Assembly: GCA_964016885.1 (NCBI GenBank)
Contig: OZ024740.1
Location: 437,410,001-437,474,000, forward strand
DNA from: Eledone cirrhosa
Taxonomy: Eukaryota
Direction: 5' to 3'
DNA length: 64,000 bases
Shown here: piece by piece, positions 1 to 18,452 of the stretch
Layout: each line of letters begins with the position of its first letter
Numbering within the stretch: position 1 is the stretch's first letter
Notes under the pieces: generated by a model
Database searches by the model: none
Seen by the model: only the letters and a program-made list of their open reading frames with translations
What the model was told of the DNA's origin: nothing
Made by a program: the position numbers and the translations under genes

Positions 1-305
1 CCTCGTGTGACATGCAGTGAAAAGTGGCGTGAGTGGATTATATAATGGCTAGAAATGGTAGCCTAAATTCACTCAACTTGTAAGCTCAACAAAACAAATG
101 TAAAGCAGTTAAATACTCACATTAGTACCCTGTAATTAATAAGCTGAATGTATAAAAACCAAGCATTTTATAATATAATATATATATATATACACACATA
201 TATATATATATATATACGTGTATATATATATATATACATGTATATATAAATATATATACATGTATATATATATATATATATATACATGTATATATATATG
301 TATAT

Positions 306-353
306 ATCATCATCATCATCATTTCATTTTACGTCCGCTTTTTCACTGCTTGC
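306..353 (-). mobile_element. extreme 3' stub of CORE-type SINE
   Basis: catcat...ttcattttacgtccgcttt matches the SINE tail at 50669-50720. Confidence 0.75.
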
Positions 354-427
354 ATATATATATACATATACATGTATATATATACATATACATATACATG
401 TATATATACATGTATATATATATATGT

Positions 428-764
428 ATCATCATCATCATCATCACCGTTTTACGTCCGTTCTTCCACGCTAGCATGGGTTAGACGGGTTGTCCTGTTG
501 TGTGCAGTGTCTGGTCGGCTGACCATGCCTTGCTCATACAGGAACTGATCTGGCTTGATTTCTACAGCTGGATGCCCTTCCTAACACCAACCTCATTTAC
601 AGTGAGTGCTGGGTGCTTTTTTCGTGGCGCCTACACGTCCACTTTACAGTGTGGGCTGGGTGCTTTTTTGCCGTGGCACCTCCACGACCACCTTGCGGTG
701 GGGGGTGTGGGGGAGTATTGTTTATATGCTTCAGCATGTACCCATGGGAGGTCGGGTACTCAGG
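428..764 (-). mobile_element. RTE LINE subfamily B, 3' UTR fragment
   Basis: near-identical to 18453-18780; (GAT)n tail. Confidence 0.9.
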
Positions 765-804
765 TATATGTATGTATATATATATATGTATATGTATGTA
801 TATA

Positions 805-835
<31 letters not shown>

Positions 836-952
836 GTATATGTATATATATAAGTATATGTATATATATAAGTATATGTATATATATGTATATGTATATA
901 TATGTATATGTATATATATGTATATGTATATATATGTATATGTATATATATG

Positions 953-983
<31 letters not shown>

Positions 984-1011
984 GTATATATATATATACA
1001 TGTATATATAT

Positions 1012-4315
<3,304 letters not shown>

Positions 4316-7300
4316 CATCATCATCATCATCAACGTTTAACGTCCGTGTTCCACGCTTGCATGGGTTTGGACGGGGGTAGTCCCACTTGAGGCAAGAGTG
4401 ATTGTCTTGCTCGCATAGGACTGTCTGGCAGGTTTTCTACAGTTGGATGCCCTTCCTAACACCAACCACATTTAAAGTGTGGGTCTGGGAGGTTTTTACC
4501 GTGTTGCCTACACGGCCACATTACAGCGTGGACTGTGTGTTTTTTGTCGTGACACCTACACGATCTCATTTGTTTCGGCCTCGATGGCGCGGCACCAACA
4601 TAACTTTACATAGAACGGGGTGGTGTGGATGGGGTGGGGGTGGTGGTAGTGGGACGGGGTGTATTTTGTGAGAGATGCCTACTGGCTGGAGTAGGTTTTA
4701 CTATATATTTAGGTAAGGCGGGTCTTCTCTGTTACTGAGTACCGCCAAAGGTCTCGGTCCAGTGACATTGTCTTGGAGAGGTGTAAGTGTGTGATGTCGG
4801 AGTTTATCAGCTCGTCCCAGGTTTTTCTAGGTCTGCCTATTCCGTGACTACCGTCTATCTTTATTGCCCTGCACTTTGTTATACAGCTATCGACTTTCAT
4901 GCGCATCACGTGTCCATACCAACGTAGCCTTCTCTCGAGTAAACAACATCTGATCCCTCTTATCTCTAATTTTTTCCTTAGTTCGTTTATGCTTTGCCGT
5001 TCACGTATATTACTGTTACACATCCAGCGGAGCATGCAAGCTTCGTTCCTCTCTAGTCTGCGTATATCCTCTGCACACAATGCCCAGGTCTCACTGCCAT
5101 GCAGCATTGCTGTTCGTATGCAGGCATCGTACAACCTGCCTTTCATTTTTAGTGAGAACCCTTTAGCAGCTAATAGTGGTATAAGCTCTCTGAACTTTTT
5201 CCAACCAGTTCTGACTCTAGCTACAGTACTTTCAGAGCACCCTCCCCCACTGCTGATTTTATCGCCCAGGTAACGGAAACTGTCCACTATTTCTATAGAA
5301 CCCTCTGCGCAATTGAAAGAGCTAGTATTTTGTGGGCACTTGCTGCTACTTATTGCACCAGAGCACCGGCCACATGTAAAATCTATGTTCTTAGTTAGCT
5401 TATCTGTGATCCCACTACATCTTTTATGCACCCATACTTTGCATTTAGGACATAAAATGGAGTTTCTACCTACGCCTTTCCTACACACCGAGCACGACCA
5501 TTTCCCAGAAGGGACCGCCGCCTTGTTTTCTATCCTACAAACTAGTACTTTGGTCTTAGCCAGGTTAATTTTAAGTCCTTTTGACTCTAGGCCGTGCTTC
5601 CATGTTTGGAATTTCTTCTCTAGCTCGGCCATTGATTCCGCTATGAGTGTCAGGTCGTCTGCGTATAGGAGTTCCCATGGGCAGCCTGTCTTGAACTCCT
5701 CTGTTATAGCCTGAAGGGCAATAATAAATAGTAGTGGGCTGAGAACAGAGCCCTGATGGACGCCAACTTTTACGCTAAACTCTTCACTATATTCGTTGTT
5801 AATTCTAACCTTGCTGACTGTTTCTTTATACATGGCTTGTATAGCCCTCACAAGCCATTCGTCAACGCCTAGTTTTCTAAGAGCCCACCAGATAATGGAG
5901 CGGGGGACTCTGTCGAAGGCTTTCTCCAAGTCGACAAAAGCTAAGTAGAGGGGTTTACCTTTAGCTAGGTACTTCTCCTGTAGTTGTCGTACTATGAAAA
6001 GAGCGTCTGTGGTACTTTTGCCTGACACAAACCCGAACTGCATTTCATCTAGGTCAATTCTCTCTCTGATTAGTTGCGCTATTACTTTTTCCGTGACCTT
6101 CATGACCTGGTCGATTAATTTAATGCCTCTATAGTTACTCCTATCTAGGGCGTCTCCTTTACCCTTATAACAGTTAACGATGATGCTGCTATGCCAGTCC
6201 TTCGGAACAACCCCATTCTGTACGACTTGGTTAACTATGCGGGTGACCATGGTGTGTCCCACCGTGCCAGATGCCTTCAGCATCTCAGCAACTATTTCCG
6301 AAGGCCCAGCCGCCTTACCCGTCTTCATATCCTTGATTGCCTTACTTATTATACTCCCCTCGACTAACACTGCTGGTCCCTCTATTGGGTCGATATGGGG
6401 GAGACTGTCTTTCTCCCATTTATTCTCCTCATTTAGTAGCCTTTCATAGTGACACTTCCAAGCTACCTTCTTATCAGCGTCGGTGATGGCAAGTGTGCCA
6501 TCGTCGTTTAGTACACACTTCTCCCCGACAATATCACGGTTTTCCTTGACGCAGTGCCTAGCAATCCTGAACACCTCACGTTTTTGGTCATCGCGTTGTA
6601 GAACATGCTTGAACTTTCTTTCCTCAGCTTCCCTTCTTGCTAAGTACACTTGTCTCCTAGCTTCCCTCCTGGCCACTTGATAGTCTTCTCTACTTCCCCC
6701 ATCCCGCCATACTTTCCAAGCCTGCTTTTTGGCCTTAATTGACCCCTCCACCTTACTGTTCCACCACCATGTTACTCTCCTCCTGCCTACAGGCCTGCTC
6801 CAGCCACAGACTTCGTCTGTCGCCAACAGCAGGTTTGCTTTCAGAAATTCCCACTCTCCCTCTATATTGTCCGACTCTAAATGTTCTTCCTTACTGTCGA
6901 AAGCATCAAGTAATATGCTTTGAAATTTATTTCTGGCTGTGGGGTCCTTTAGCTTCCATATTTTTCTCCTGAGGATAGTCCTCTGCTGCTGTCGAGTACG
7001 TCTCGTCCTGACTATGAGGTCGCTAATTATCAGTCTATGTTGGGAGGTGCATTCTTCATGGGGGAGGGATTTGGTGTTTACAACAGACACTCTGTCACGT
7101 CTTCTGGTAAGGATATAATCTACCTGGCTTGTGTGTTCCCCGGATCTATAGGTGATCAGGTGATTGTCATGTTTTTTGAAGTTAGTGTTACAGATAGTTA
7201 GGTTATTTGCATCACAGAATTCCAGGATTCTGGCGCCTTCCTCATTTCTAGTACCAAACCCATAGCCTCCATGGATTTCGTCGTAGCCGTCACAATGTTG

Positions 7301-7633
7301 TCCAACGTGACCATTTAGGTCGCCTGCGATAATTATATAGTCACTGTCGGATATTTGGGAGGTAGTTAGCATCAGTGTCTCATAGAATCTGTCTTTTATA
7401 GTGCCGGGCAGTCCGGATTGGGGTGCGTACGCAGATATTACTGTCACCGTAGTTCTATTGAGGACAAGTCGTATTTTAATTATTCTGTCGTTCACTCTAT
7501 TTACGTCTATTATCTTATCTGCCCACTTTTCTGCTACCATGATTCCTACTCCACCCAGCCCATCGTCGTTTCCCACCCAGAAAAGCTTATAACATCGTTT
7601 TTTACCCTCAATGAACCTAGCAGACCCACCCCC
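4316..7633 (-). mobile_element. RTE LINE subfamily A, 5'-truncated, reading frame intact
   Basis: APE and RT motifs, 3' UTR, (GAT)n tail, flanked by (TA)n. Confidence 0.97.
4709..7633 (-). CDS. RTE ORF (AP endonuclease-RT with PHD-like finger), N-terminally truncated
   Basis: [43 protein letters not shown]4HC3 motif; no stops. The predicted upstream extension is (TA)n artefact. Confidence 0.85.
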   Translation of the reverse strand, partial: GGGSARFIEGKKRCYKLFWVGNDDGLGGVGIMVAEKWADKIIDVNRVNDRIIKIRLVLNRTTVTVISAYAPQSGLPGTIKDRFYETLMLTTSQISDSDYIIIAGDLNGHVGQHCDGYDEIHGGYGFGTRNEEGARILEFCDANNLTICNTNFKKHDNHLITYRSGEHTSQVDYILTRRRDRVSVVNTKSLPHEECTSQHRLIISDLIVRTRRTRQQQRTILRRKIWKLKDPTARNKFQSILLDAFDSKEEHLESDNIEGEWEFLKANLLLATDEVCGWSRPVGRRRVTWWWNSKVEGSIKAKKQAWKVWRDGGSREDYQVARREARRQVYLARREAEERKFKHVLQRDDQKREVFRIARHCVKENRDIVGEKCVLNDDGTLAITDADKKVAWKCHYERLLNEENKWEKDSLPHIDPIEGPAVLVEGSIISKAIKDMKTGKAAGPSEIVAEMLKASGTVGHTMVTRIVNQVVQNGVVPKDWHSSIIVNCYKGKGDALDRSNYRGIKLIDQVMKVTEKVIAQLIRERIDLDEMQFGFVSGKSTTDALFIVRQLQEKYLAKGKPLYLAFVDLEKAFDRVPRSIIWWALRKLGVDEWLVRAIQAMYKETVSKVRINNEYSEEFSVKVGVHQGSVLSPLLFIIALQAITEEFKTGCPWELLYADDLTLIAESMAELEKKFQTWKHGLESKGLKINLAKTKVLVCRIENKAAVPSGKWSCSVCRKGVGRNSILCPKCKVWVHKRCSGITDKLTKNIDFTCGRCSGAISSSKCPQNTSSFNCAEGSIEIVDSFRYLGDKISSGGGCSESTVARVRTGWKKFRELIPLLAAKGFSLKMKGRLYDACIRTAMLHGSETWALCAEDIRRLERNEACMLRWMCNSNIRERQSINELRKKLEIRGIRCCLLERRLRWYGHVMRMKVDSCITKCRAIKIDGSHGIGRPRKTWDELINSDITHLHLSKTMSLDRDLWRYSVTEKTRLT

Positions 7634-9230
<1,597 letters not shown>

Positions 9231-10349
9231 CTCCATTTTATGTCCTAAATGCAAAGTATGGGTGCATAAAAGATGTGGGATCACAGGTAAGCTAACTAAG
9301 AACATAGATTTTACATGTGGCCGGTGTTCTGGTGCAATAAGTAGCAGCAAGTGCCCACAAAATACTAGCTCTTTCAATTGCGCAGAGGGTTCTATAGAAA
9401 TAGTGGACAGCTTCCGTTACCTGGGCGATAAAATCAGCAGTGGGGGAGGGTGCTCTGAAAGTACTGTAGCTAGAGTCAGAACTGGTTGGAAAAAGTTCAG
9501 AGAGCTTATACCACTATTAGCTGCTAAAGGGTTCTCCCTAAAAATGAAAGGCAGGTTGTACGATGCCTGCATACGAACAGCAATGTTGCATGGTAGTGAG
9601 ACCTGGGCATTGTGTGCAGAGGATATACGCAGACTAGAGAGGAACGAAGCTTGCATGTGCTCCGCTGGATGTGTAACAGTAATATACGTGAACGGCAAAG
9701 CATAAACGAACTAAGGAAAAAATTAGAGATAAGAGGGATCAGATGTTGTTTACTCGAGAGAAGGCTGCGTTGGTATGGACACGTGATGCGCATGAAAGTC
9801 GATAGCTGTATAACAAAGTGCAGGGCAATAAAGATAGACGGTAGCCACGGAATAGGCAGACCTAGAAAAACCTGGGATGAGCTGATAAACTCCGACCTCA
9901 CACACTTACACCTCTCCAAGACAATGTCACTGGACCGAGACCTTTGGCGGTACTCAGTAACAGAGAAGACCCGCCTTGCCAGTAGGCATCTCTAACAAAA
10001 TACACTCCCGTCCCGCCACCACCCCCACCCCATCCACACCACCCCGTTCTATGTAAAGTTATGTTGGTGCCGCGCCATCCAGGCCGAAACAAATGAGATC
10101 GTGTAGGTGTCACGACAAAAAAACACACAGTCCACGCTGTAATGTGGCCGTGTAGGCAACACGGTAAAAACCTCCCAGACCCACACTGTAAATGTGGTTG
10201 GTGTTAGGAAGGGCATCCAACTGTAGAAAACCTGCCAGACAGTCCTATGCGAGCAAGACAATCACTCTTGCCTCAAGTGGGACTACCCCCGTCCAAACCC
10301 ATGCAAGCGTGGAACACGGACGTTAAACGTTGATGATGATGATGATGAT
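9231..10349 (+). mobile_element. RTE subfamily A 3' fragment
   Basis: SILCPKCK...RRLRWYGHV; 3' UTR matches 4316-4700; ends in (GAT)n. Confidence 0.95.
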
Positions 10350-10497
10350 ATGTATATACATATATATATATGTATATATATGTATATACATATATATATA
10401 TGTATATATATAACTTTGAATAACTTTGAAATGTTTTGGCCAGTATTGGCCCAGGCCATGTCTAACTTAATAGCACCACCTGGCGAAGTCTTTCAAT

Positions 10498-13400
10498 TCA
10501 GGATTTGGGCACCATGGCCCATTCGAGAAGAGAATTACTGTTTGCGGAGACATATCCGGGTGTGGGTGGTTTGTCCGGGATTACTTGGAGGAATTTGTCC
10601 AAAGACTTCTTGAATTTTGTGTGGTCAGTTTCTGCTTTGACGTGTCCTGGTGTGATGTTGAAGAGAGCAGGGCCGATTGAGGTGAAATAATTGTGCCGTA
10701 TTGTTGTTATGAGTTGCGATTTAGATTTTTGAATGGGACGGATAGCACGGGGCCCAAGCCTTGGGTGTATCTTGAAGGCGATGCCAACATCATTTGGGCA
10801 GTGATGATGGAACATTTTCCACATCATGCAGATAATATAACGCTCACGGCGACGTTGGAGTGAGTAAAGTTTCAGGTTTTCTAATCGACCCCAGTAGTCA
10901 AGGTCTGACATGCCATCTATCTTTTTCGTGATTGCCCTTTGAGGAGCTTCAAGTTTCATGATACTTTGTTTCGTGTGGGGAGACCACAGTGGACAACAGT
11001 ATTCAAGGTGTGGTCGGGCAAAAGTAGAGAAGAGAAGGATAATGGTGCGGGAATCTCTCGACTGGAAGGTTCTGAGGATCCAGGAACACATTCTGCGGGC
11101 CATGTCAACTTTGCTGCTTATATGCGTGGTCCAGCTTATGTTGCTGTCCACGGTTACTCCCAAGTCTCTGATGTTGTTAGATGCCACGAGAGTTTCCCCG
11201 GAGGGAAGGGAGTACGGGAGTTTCAGAGCATCCTCTTTTCCAAAGTGGATCAGTTCGAATTTGTCTTCGTTCAGTAACATGTTGTTCTTTTCCGCCCATT
11301 GGGTAACAGCCAGTAGGTCTGACTGAAGGCTTATCCGGTCATCCACGCCATTGATGACCTTTTGGAGCTTGGAATCATCAGCGAAAATTTTAATGTTGCT
11401 GTCAGTGATGTCATTAATATAGATGATGAAGAGAAGTGGGCCCAACACAGTGCCTTGTGGGACCCCACTACTGACTTTGGCTGGGCTGGATTTGACTCCC
11501 TCAACTACAACATGTTGGGTTCTGTTTGACAGGATGCTCTTGATCCACTGCAGCAGCTTTCCAGTGACACCAATATTGGACAGCTTTCTCAGTAGAATGT
11601 TATGATCAACCCTGTCAAAGTCCTTGCTGAAATCAAGGTAGATAACATCAGTGTTGGAACCCTCTCCCAAGGCTCTCAAAATGTCATCAAAGTGATGCAG
11701 TAGCTGCGTCAGGCAATCCCTTCCATTACGGAATCCATGCTGGTTGGAGTTCAGCATATTGTTACTCTCAAGGAAGTGGGTCATTCGCGATCTCACCACT
11801 CTCTCAAATACCTTAATGATATGAGAGGTGAGTGAGATTGGACGGTAATTCACGGCAAGGGATTTGTTTCCCTTTTTGAAAACTGGGACAACAGACTGGG
11901 TTAGAAGGTTTTCTGGCACATATCCAGCATCCAGTGAGTTCCGCCACAGATTGGCAAGAGGAGATGCAAGTTGGTGTTGACACGCCTTCAAGACACAAGC
12001 AGGGAACCTATCGGGACCTACTGCTGAATTATGCTTGATTTCCTTTATTGCCGCCAAGACATCAGGGGCGCCAAACGTTATGTCCGATAAGGTGTAATGG
12101 GGAGTAACATCGCCGATACAGCCCAGATCGGCCATATCAGGATTGCTGAAAACAGAGCAGTATTGTTTCTGCAGTATCTCACCCATGGTTTTAGCATTGT
12201 CTTGAAGAGTGCCATTTTCATCAATTAGAGGGCCAACAGTAGAGCCAGTGATTTTGTGTTTTTTTGCAAATGAAAAGAACACTTTGGGATTGAGTTTGAT
12301 CTTCTCAATGGCCCAGGCCTCCTCAGCTCTTCTCTGATTGTTGATGAGGGACATTATGTTGTTTTGGAGGTTATGTTTTTTAATCTCTAGTGATGAAATG
12401 GCAGTTAAGTTGATGTGTTGCTGCTGACAGTATTTCAGCTTGTTGATTTTTTTGTTCGTTCTCTTAATTTTTCTGATGAGCGTTTTTCTATTTCTAGGGA
12501 TTCTGCTCTTAGATTTGTTTATAGTTCTTAATGGGGTGTGTTTAGCACATATGTTTGTAACAGTGTCCACAAATGTCTGCCAGGACTTTTTGATGTTAGT
12601 GGGTGTATGAGTGTGCGTGAAGGACCAGTCGACATGTGCAAGATCATGACTGATCGCTTCCCAGTTTGCATTGTGGAAATCCATAGCGTCAAACGGATGG
12701 ACAGGAGAGATGACATTGGGTTTGTATATTGGACGGTGGAATCTCAGATCACAGAGAACCATGTCATGATCAGAGAGTAGAGTTTTCTCCACTGCAATAT
12801 TGTGGATATTGTCAGTGTGATTGCTGAAAATTAAGTCTAGGACGTTTTTGTGGCACCTCGTTGGTTCGAGCACCAGTTGGGATAGGAAGAAATCATCCAT
12901 GAAGTCAAGAAGCGATTCCACAGCTTCCCTGTCAGAGGTTGAGGCAGAAGAACCTGGTGGCAGGCTGTTTGTGGACCAGTCAACTCCGGGGAGGTTGAAG
13001 TCCCCCATCATTAAGATGTTGTCAGGGTGACACTCTTGGATGAAACACTTTATGCTGTTGAGGCATTCCTTGAAGCATGGTACAGGCGTTTGGGGTGGCC
13101 TATAGAGCCCAACTACTCATAGGTTGTTGGTTTGACTGAATACAGTGACTGCCTCACAGTATCCATTAGTGAATATGTTCATAGCCTCTGTTGAGAAAGA
13201 ATTATGGACATAAATGGCAGTTCCGCCCTTTCTTCTGCCAGCGCGATCAGCACGGATGGCTTTGAAATTTTTCACTTTCACCTTGGCTTCCAAGTGGAGG
13301 TTACTGAGATGGGTTTCAGTGAGGACGAAGAAAGGGGTGTGGTTTGGATGGACATCAATCCAGTCCTCCAGGAATTTGATCTTCCATTTTTGAGTATTGG

Positions 13401-13506
13401 TGGAAGGGCTGATGCCTTGGGCGTTAAGCAAAAATGTAGAGGCGAGAGTGGATGGTTTTAATTGTTTTGGTGTGTTGTTAATTTGTTTGTTTGTTAATGG
13501 CAGCAA
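10498..13506 (-). pseudogene. CR1 ORF2 (APE + RT) with one in-frame TGA at 13117-13119
   Basis: LNAQG, LTETHL, GGTAIYV, *VVGLYRPP, MGDFN, SDH, NYRPISLTS, QHGF, SGVPQGTVLGP, FADD, RPHLEYC; ORFs 13117-13506 and 10498-13011 share a frame. Confidence 0.9.
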
Positions 13507-14279
13507 TGGGAGTTTGTGCAGTGGGGTGATAGTGGAGGGTGGTGCTGGGTGATAGCTCGATGTTTTTTTCCAGTACTTTTGCCAGATTCATTATGGCTAA
13601 AAAAGAGGAAGAAGTTTCCTGTTTAGAAGACTGTTGGTGACTGTGGTAGTGGTTATTTTTATGTAGGTTATGGTTTTTGTTTTTGTTTTTATTTTTAATT
13701 TTATTTTCATTTGTCCGACGGGTCCCCGGGAGATGGGTAAAGGGACAATCCCGGTCTAAACACAATCTGTCTCGCAGGGAAAAGCGGCAGATTTGTGGAT
13801 TCCTTGTTTGAGTTATTGGTGGTTGTGTTGGTGTTAAATTAGAGTATGTATTATGGTGGTGGCTGTTTGTGGGGATAGATCGTTTTGTCCTAGGTAAATG
13901 GGTGAATTTGCAGCCACTATCCGTACATATTCTATAGCGTAGAGAGTAGCGGCAAATGATGGGGTTTCGAGTGGGTGGGTATGTGGGTGTGTGTGTTGTG
14001 AGAGGTGTAGATGATGGTTTGGGTAGGATTTGACGACCTTTGTGGACTGTGGGAGGGAGAGTTCTTGTTTTGGTATTAGAAGGTAAATTCCTTGACATAG
14101 CAGTAGACAAAAATGTTGTAGTAGTAGTAGTAGGCAGAGATGTTGGCAGTGGTGATGATTGGACTGCTGGGCCAGAGAAAGGATGTGGCGTTTCATGCTG
14201 TGAGACAGAGGCTACTGGGGGGTCAATAGTTTCATTTAGTAGATCGGCCATTGTTGATGAATCAAGGAGTGGTTCACAC

Positions 14280-14310
<31 letters not shown>

Positions 14311-14692
14311 GCTGTTGTTGATGTTGTTGTTGTAGCTGTTGTTGTTGTTGTTGTTGTAGCTGTTGTTGTTGTTGCCGTTGTAGCTGTTGTTGTTGTTGCC
14401 GTTGTAGCTGTTGTTGTTGTTGCTGCTGCTGCTGGACAGCATTCGAAGAAAAAACACACCGTAGTTTATCCAAATGTTTATTGATTAATTTAAAAGCAAT
14501 TTCGATTTGCTTTAATTTATTTTGAATCTGTTGTTCAGATCGAGTTTTCAAAAATTGAACTGTACGTTTAGCAATGTCGTTCAGAGATGAAGCATCTATA
14601 TCTTCTGTTTGGGTAAGGCAATGCCATGTGTTTATTAGAATGTCGATTTCATTATCAGACCAGTTCTGTTTGGATTTTTGCTGGTTAGCCAT
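13478..14692 (-). CDS. CR1 ORF1: Myb/SANT-like N-terminus, polyQ, two CCCH zinc fingers
   Basis: ATG at 14692 (MANQQ); WSDNEIDILINTW; Q-rich tract; two C-x8-C-x4-C-x3-H motifs; overlaps the ORF2 start. Confidence 0.8.
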
Positions 14693-15158
14693 TCTAGTTT
14701 TGAGTGTGTGTGTTTTAGTTAAGTATTTCAATATATATATATATTTTTTTGATTTATTTTTGATTTATTTTTGTTTTTTGTTTTTCTTGTGTGTGAGTGA
14801 GAAGAGTATATATATAAATATGAGTATATATATATATATGTATATTCTGGTTATTTGAAATTAATTAAGTTAATGAAAAGACGAAAGTATATAATAATAA
14901 TTTGTAGTTAAAGGAAAATGTACTCACAATTTCGAAAACACGTGGTTTCAAATATATAATAATATATTATAGATGTATGTAAATGTATTAACCAGTCAAT
15001 TTTCAAATATATAATAATATAGATGTATGTAAATGTATTAACCGGTCAATTTTTGTTTGTTTGGTTTTGTTTTGTGGTTGTGTGACTTGCTGCTTACTCG
15101 GGGAGAGAAGTCAAAACACTTCCTTATACTTCAACTGCTCAACTGTATATCTCAACTG

Positions 15159-16161
<1,003 letters not shown>

Positions 16162-16455
16162 AAAAACAAATAACGAAACGAAATTAAATTTTGTTTCATT
16201 TGTAACTCACTTTTGTATGACTGACGCTTAAACAATTAAGTTAAAGATGTACATCCATATATGTATACTGAAATACTAGTATGTATATGAATACACACAC
16301 GTATACATATGTAGATGTACCAAGTTTTTTCACTGGTCACTTTACTGTGAGTGGCCAGCTATTCTGTATGTAAACACACAGACAAACCGGTTTTTAGAGT
16401 CATACTGGTTTTTGAGGAAACACCTTTCCTCTATTCTCCAGAAAGCCAGACAAGG

Positions 16456-16500
16456 AACATTGAACTAGTTTCGTTGTTGTTACAACTCATCAGCAATATT
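16456..16500 (-). ncRNA. minimal type I hammerhead ribozyme (family 1)
   Basis: AATATTG-CTGATGA-GTTGT(AACA)ACAAC-GAAAC-TA-GTT-CAATGTT. Confidence 0.88.
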
Positions 16501-16922
16501 TACCTATCTTCCGGCCTCTCTAGAGAATCGTAAAGGCACATATCGTTATATGCTTTTTCTATGAAAATTAGTAGTGGGCATACTAATTTGCATAGAGTGT
16601 GAGTAAGTACCGGTTCAACGGAGACGATAAAAACAAATAACGAAACGAAATTAAATTTTGTTTCATTTGTAACTCACTTTTGTATGACTGACGCTTAAAC
16701 AATTAAGTTAAAGATGTACATCCATATATGTATACTGAAATACTAGTATGTATATGAATACACACACGTATACATATGTAGATGTACCAAGTTTTTTCAC
16801 TGGTCACTTTACTGTGAGTGGCCAGCTATTCTGTATGTAAACACACAGACAAACCGGTTTTTAGAGTCATACTGGTTTTTGAGGAAACACCTTTCCTCTA
16901 TTCTCCAGAAAGCCAGACAAGG

Positions 16923-16967
16923 AATATTGAACTAGTTTCGTTGTTGTTACAACTCATCAGCAATATT
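16923..16967 (-). ncRNA. minimal type I hammerhead ribozyme (family 1)
   Basis: AATATTG-CTGATGA-stem II-GAAACTAGTT-CAATATT; perfect 7-bp stem I. Confidence 0.9.
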
Positions 16968-17392
16968 TACCTATCTTCCGGCCTCTCTAGAGAATCGTAA
17001 AGGCACATATCGTTATATGCTTTTTCTATGAAAATTAGTAGTGGGCATACTAATTTGCATAGAGTGTGAGTAAGTACCGGTTCAACGGAGACGATAAAAA
17101 CAAATAACGAAACGAAATTAAATTTTGTTTCATTTGTAACTCACTTTTGTATGACTGACGCTTAAACAATTAAGTTAAAGATGTACATCCATATATGTAT
17201 ACTGAAATACTAGTATGTATATGAATACACACACGTATACATATGTAGATGTACCAAGTTTTTTCACTGGTCACTTTACAGTAAAGTGACCAGTGAAAAA
17301 ACTTGGTACATCTACATATGTATACGTGTGTGTATTCATATACATACTAGTATTTCAGTATACATATATGGATGTACATCTTTAACTTAATT

Positions 17393-18452
<1,060 letters not shown>

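Larger units (their letters stand above)
175..1011. repeat. imperfect (TA)n microsatellite tracts interleaved with retroelement 3' stubs
   Basis: (TA)n with TACATG/TATG interruptions, visible directly. Confidence 0.95.
10411..15158 (-). mobile_element. near full-length CR1-clade LINE (~4.75 kb)
   Basis: 5' UTR, ORF1, overlapping APE-RT ORF2, short 3' UTR with TTCAAAGTTA repeats; (TA)n on both sides. Confidence 0.92.
16162..17392 (-). mobile_element. HHR-bearing 467-bp tandem element (retrozyme / Penelope pLTR-like), 2.4 units plus a 112-bp fold-back
   Basis: units start at 16162, 16629 and 17096; one hammerhead per full unit; palindrome centred at 17280. Confidence 0.85.

Noticed and set aside
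4899-6972. Recurrent plus-strand ORFs antisense to RTE copies
   Set aside because: They are shadow ORFs on the reverse strand of RT coding sequence.
16351-16533. 60-aa ORF repeated in the 467-bp units
   Set aside because: GTG start, no recognisable motif and antisense to the ribozyme; the identity reflects DNA duplication.
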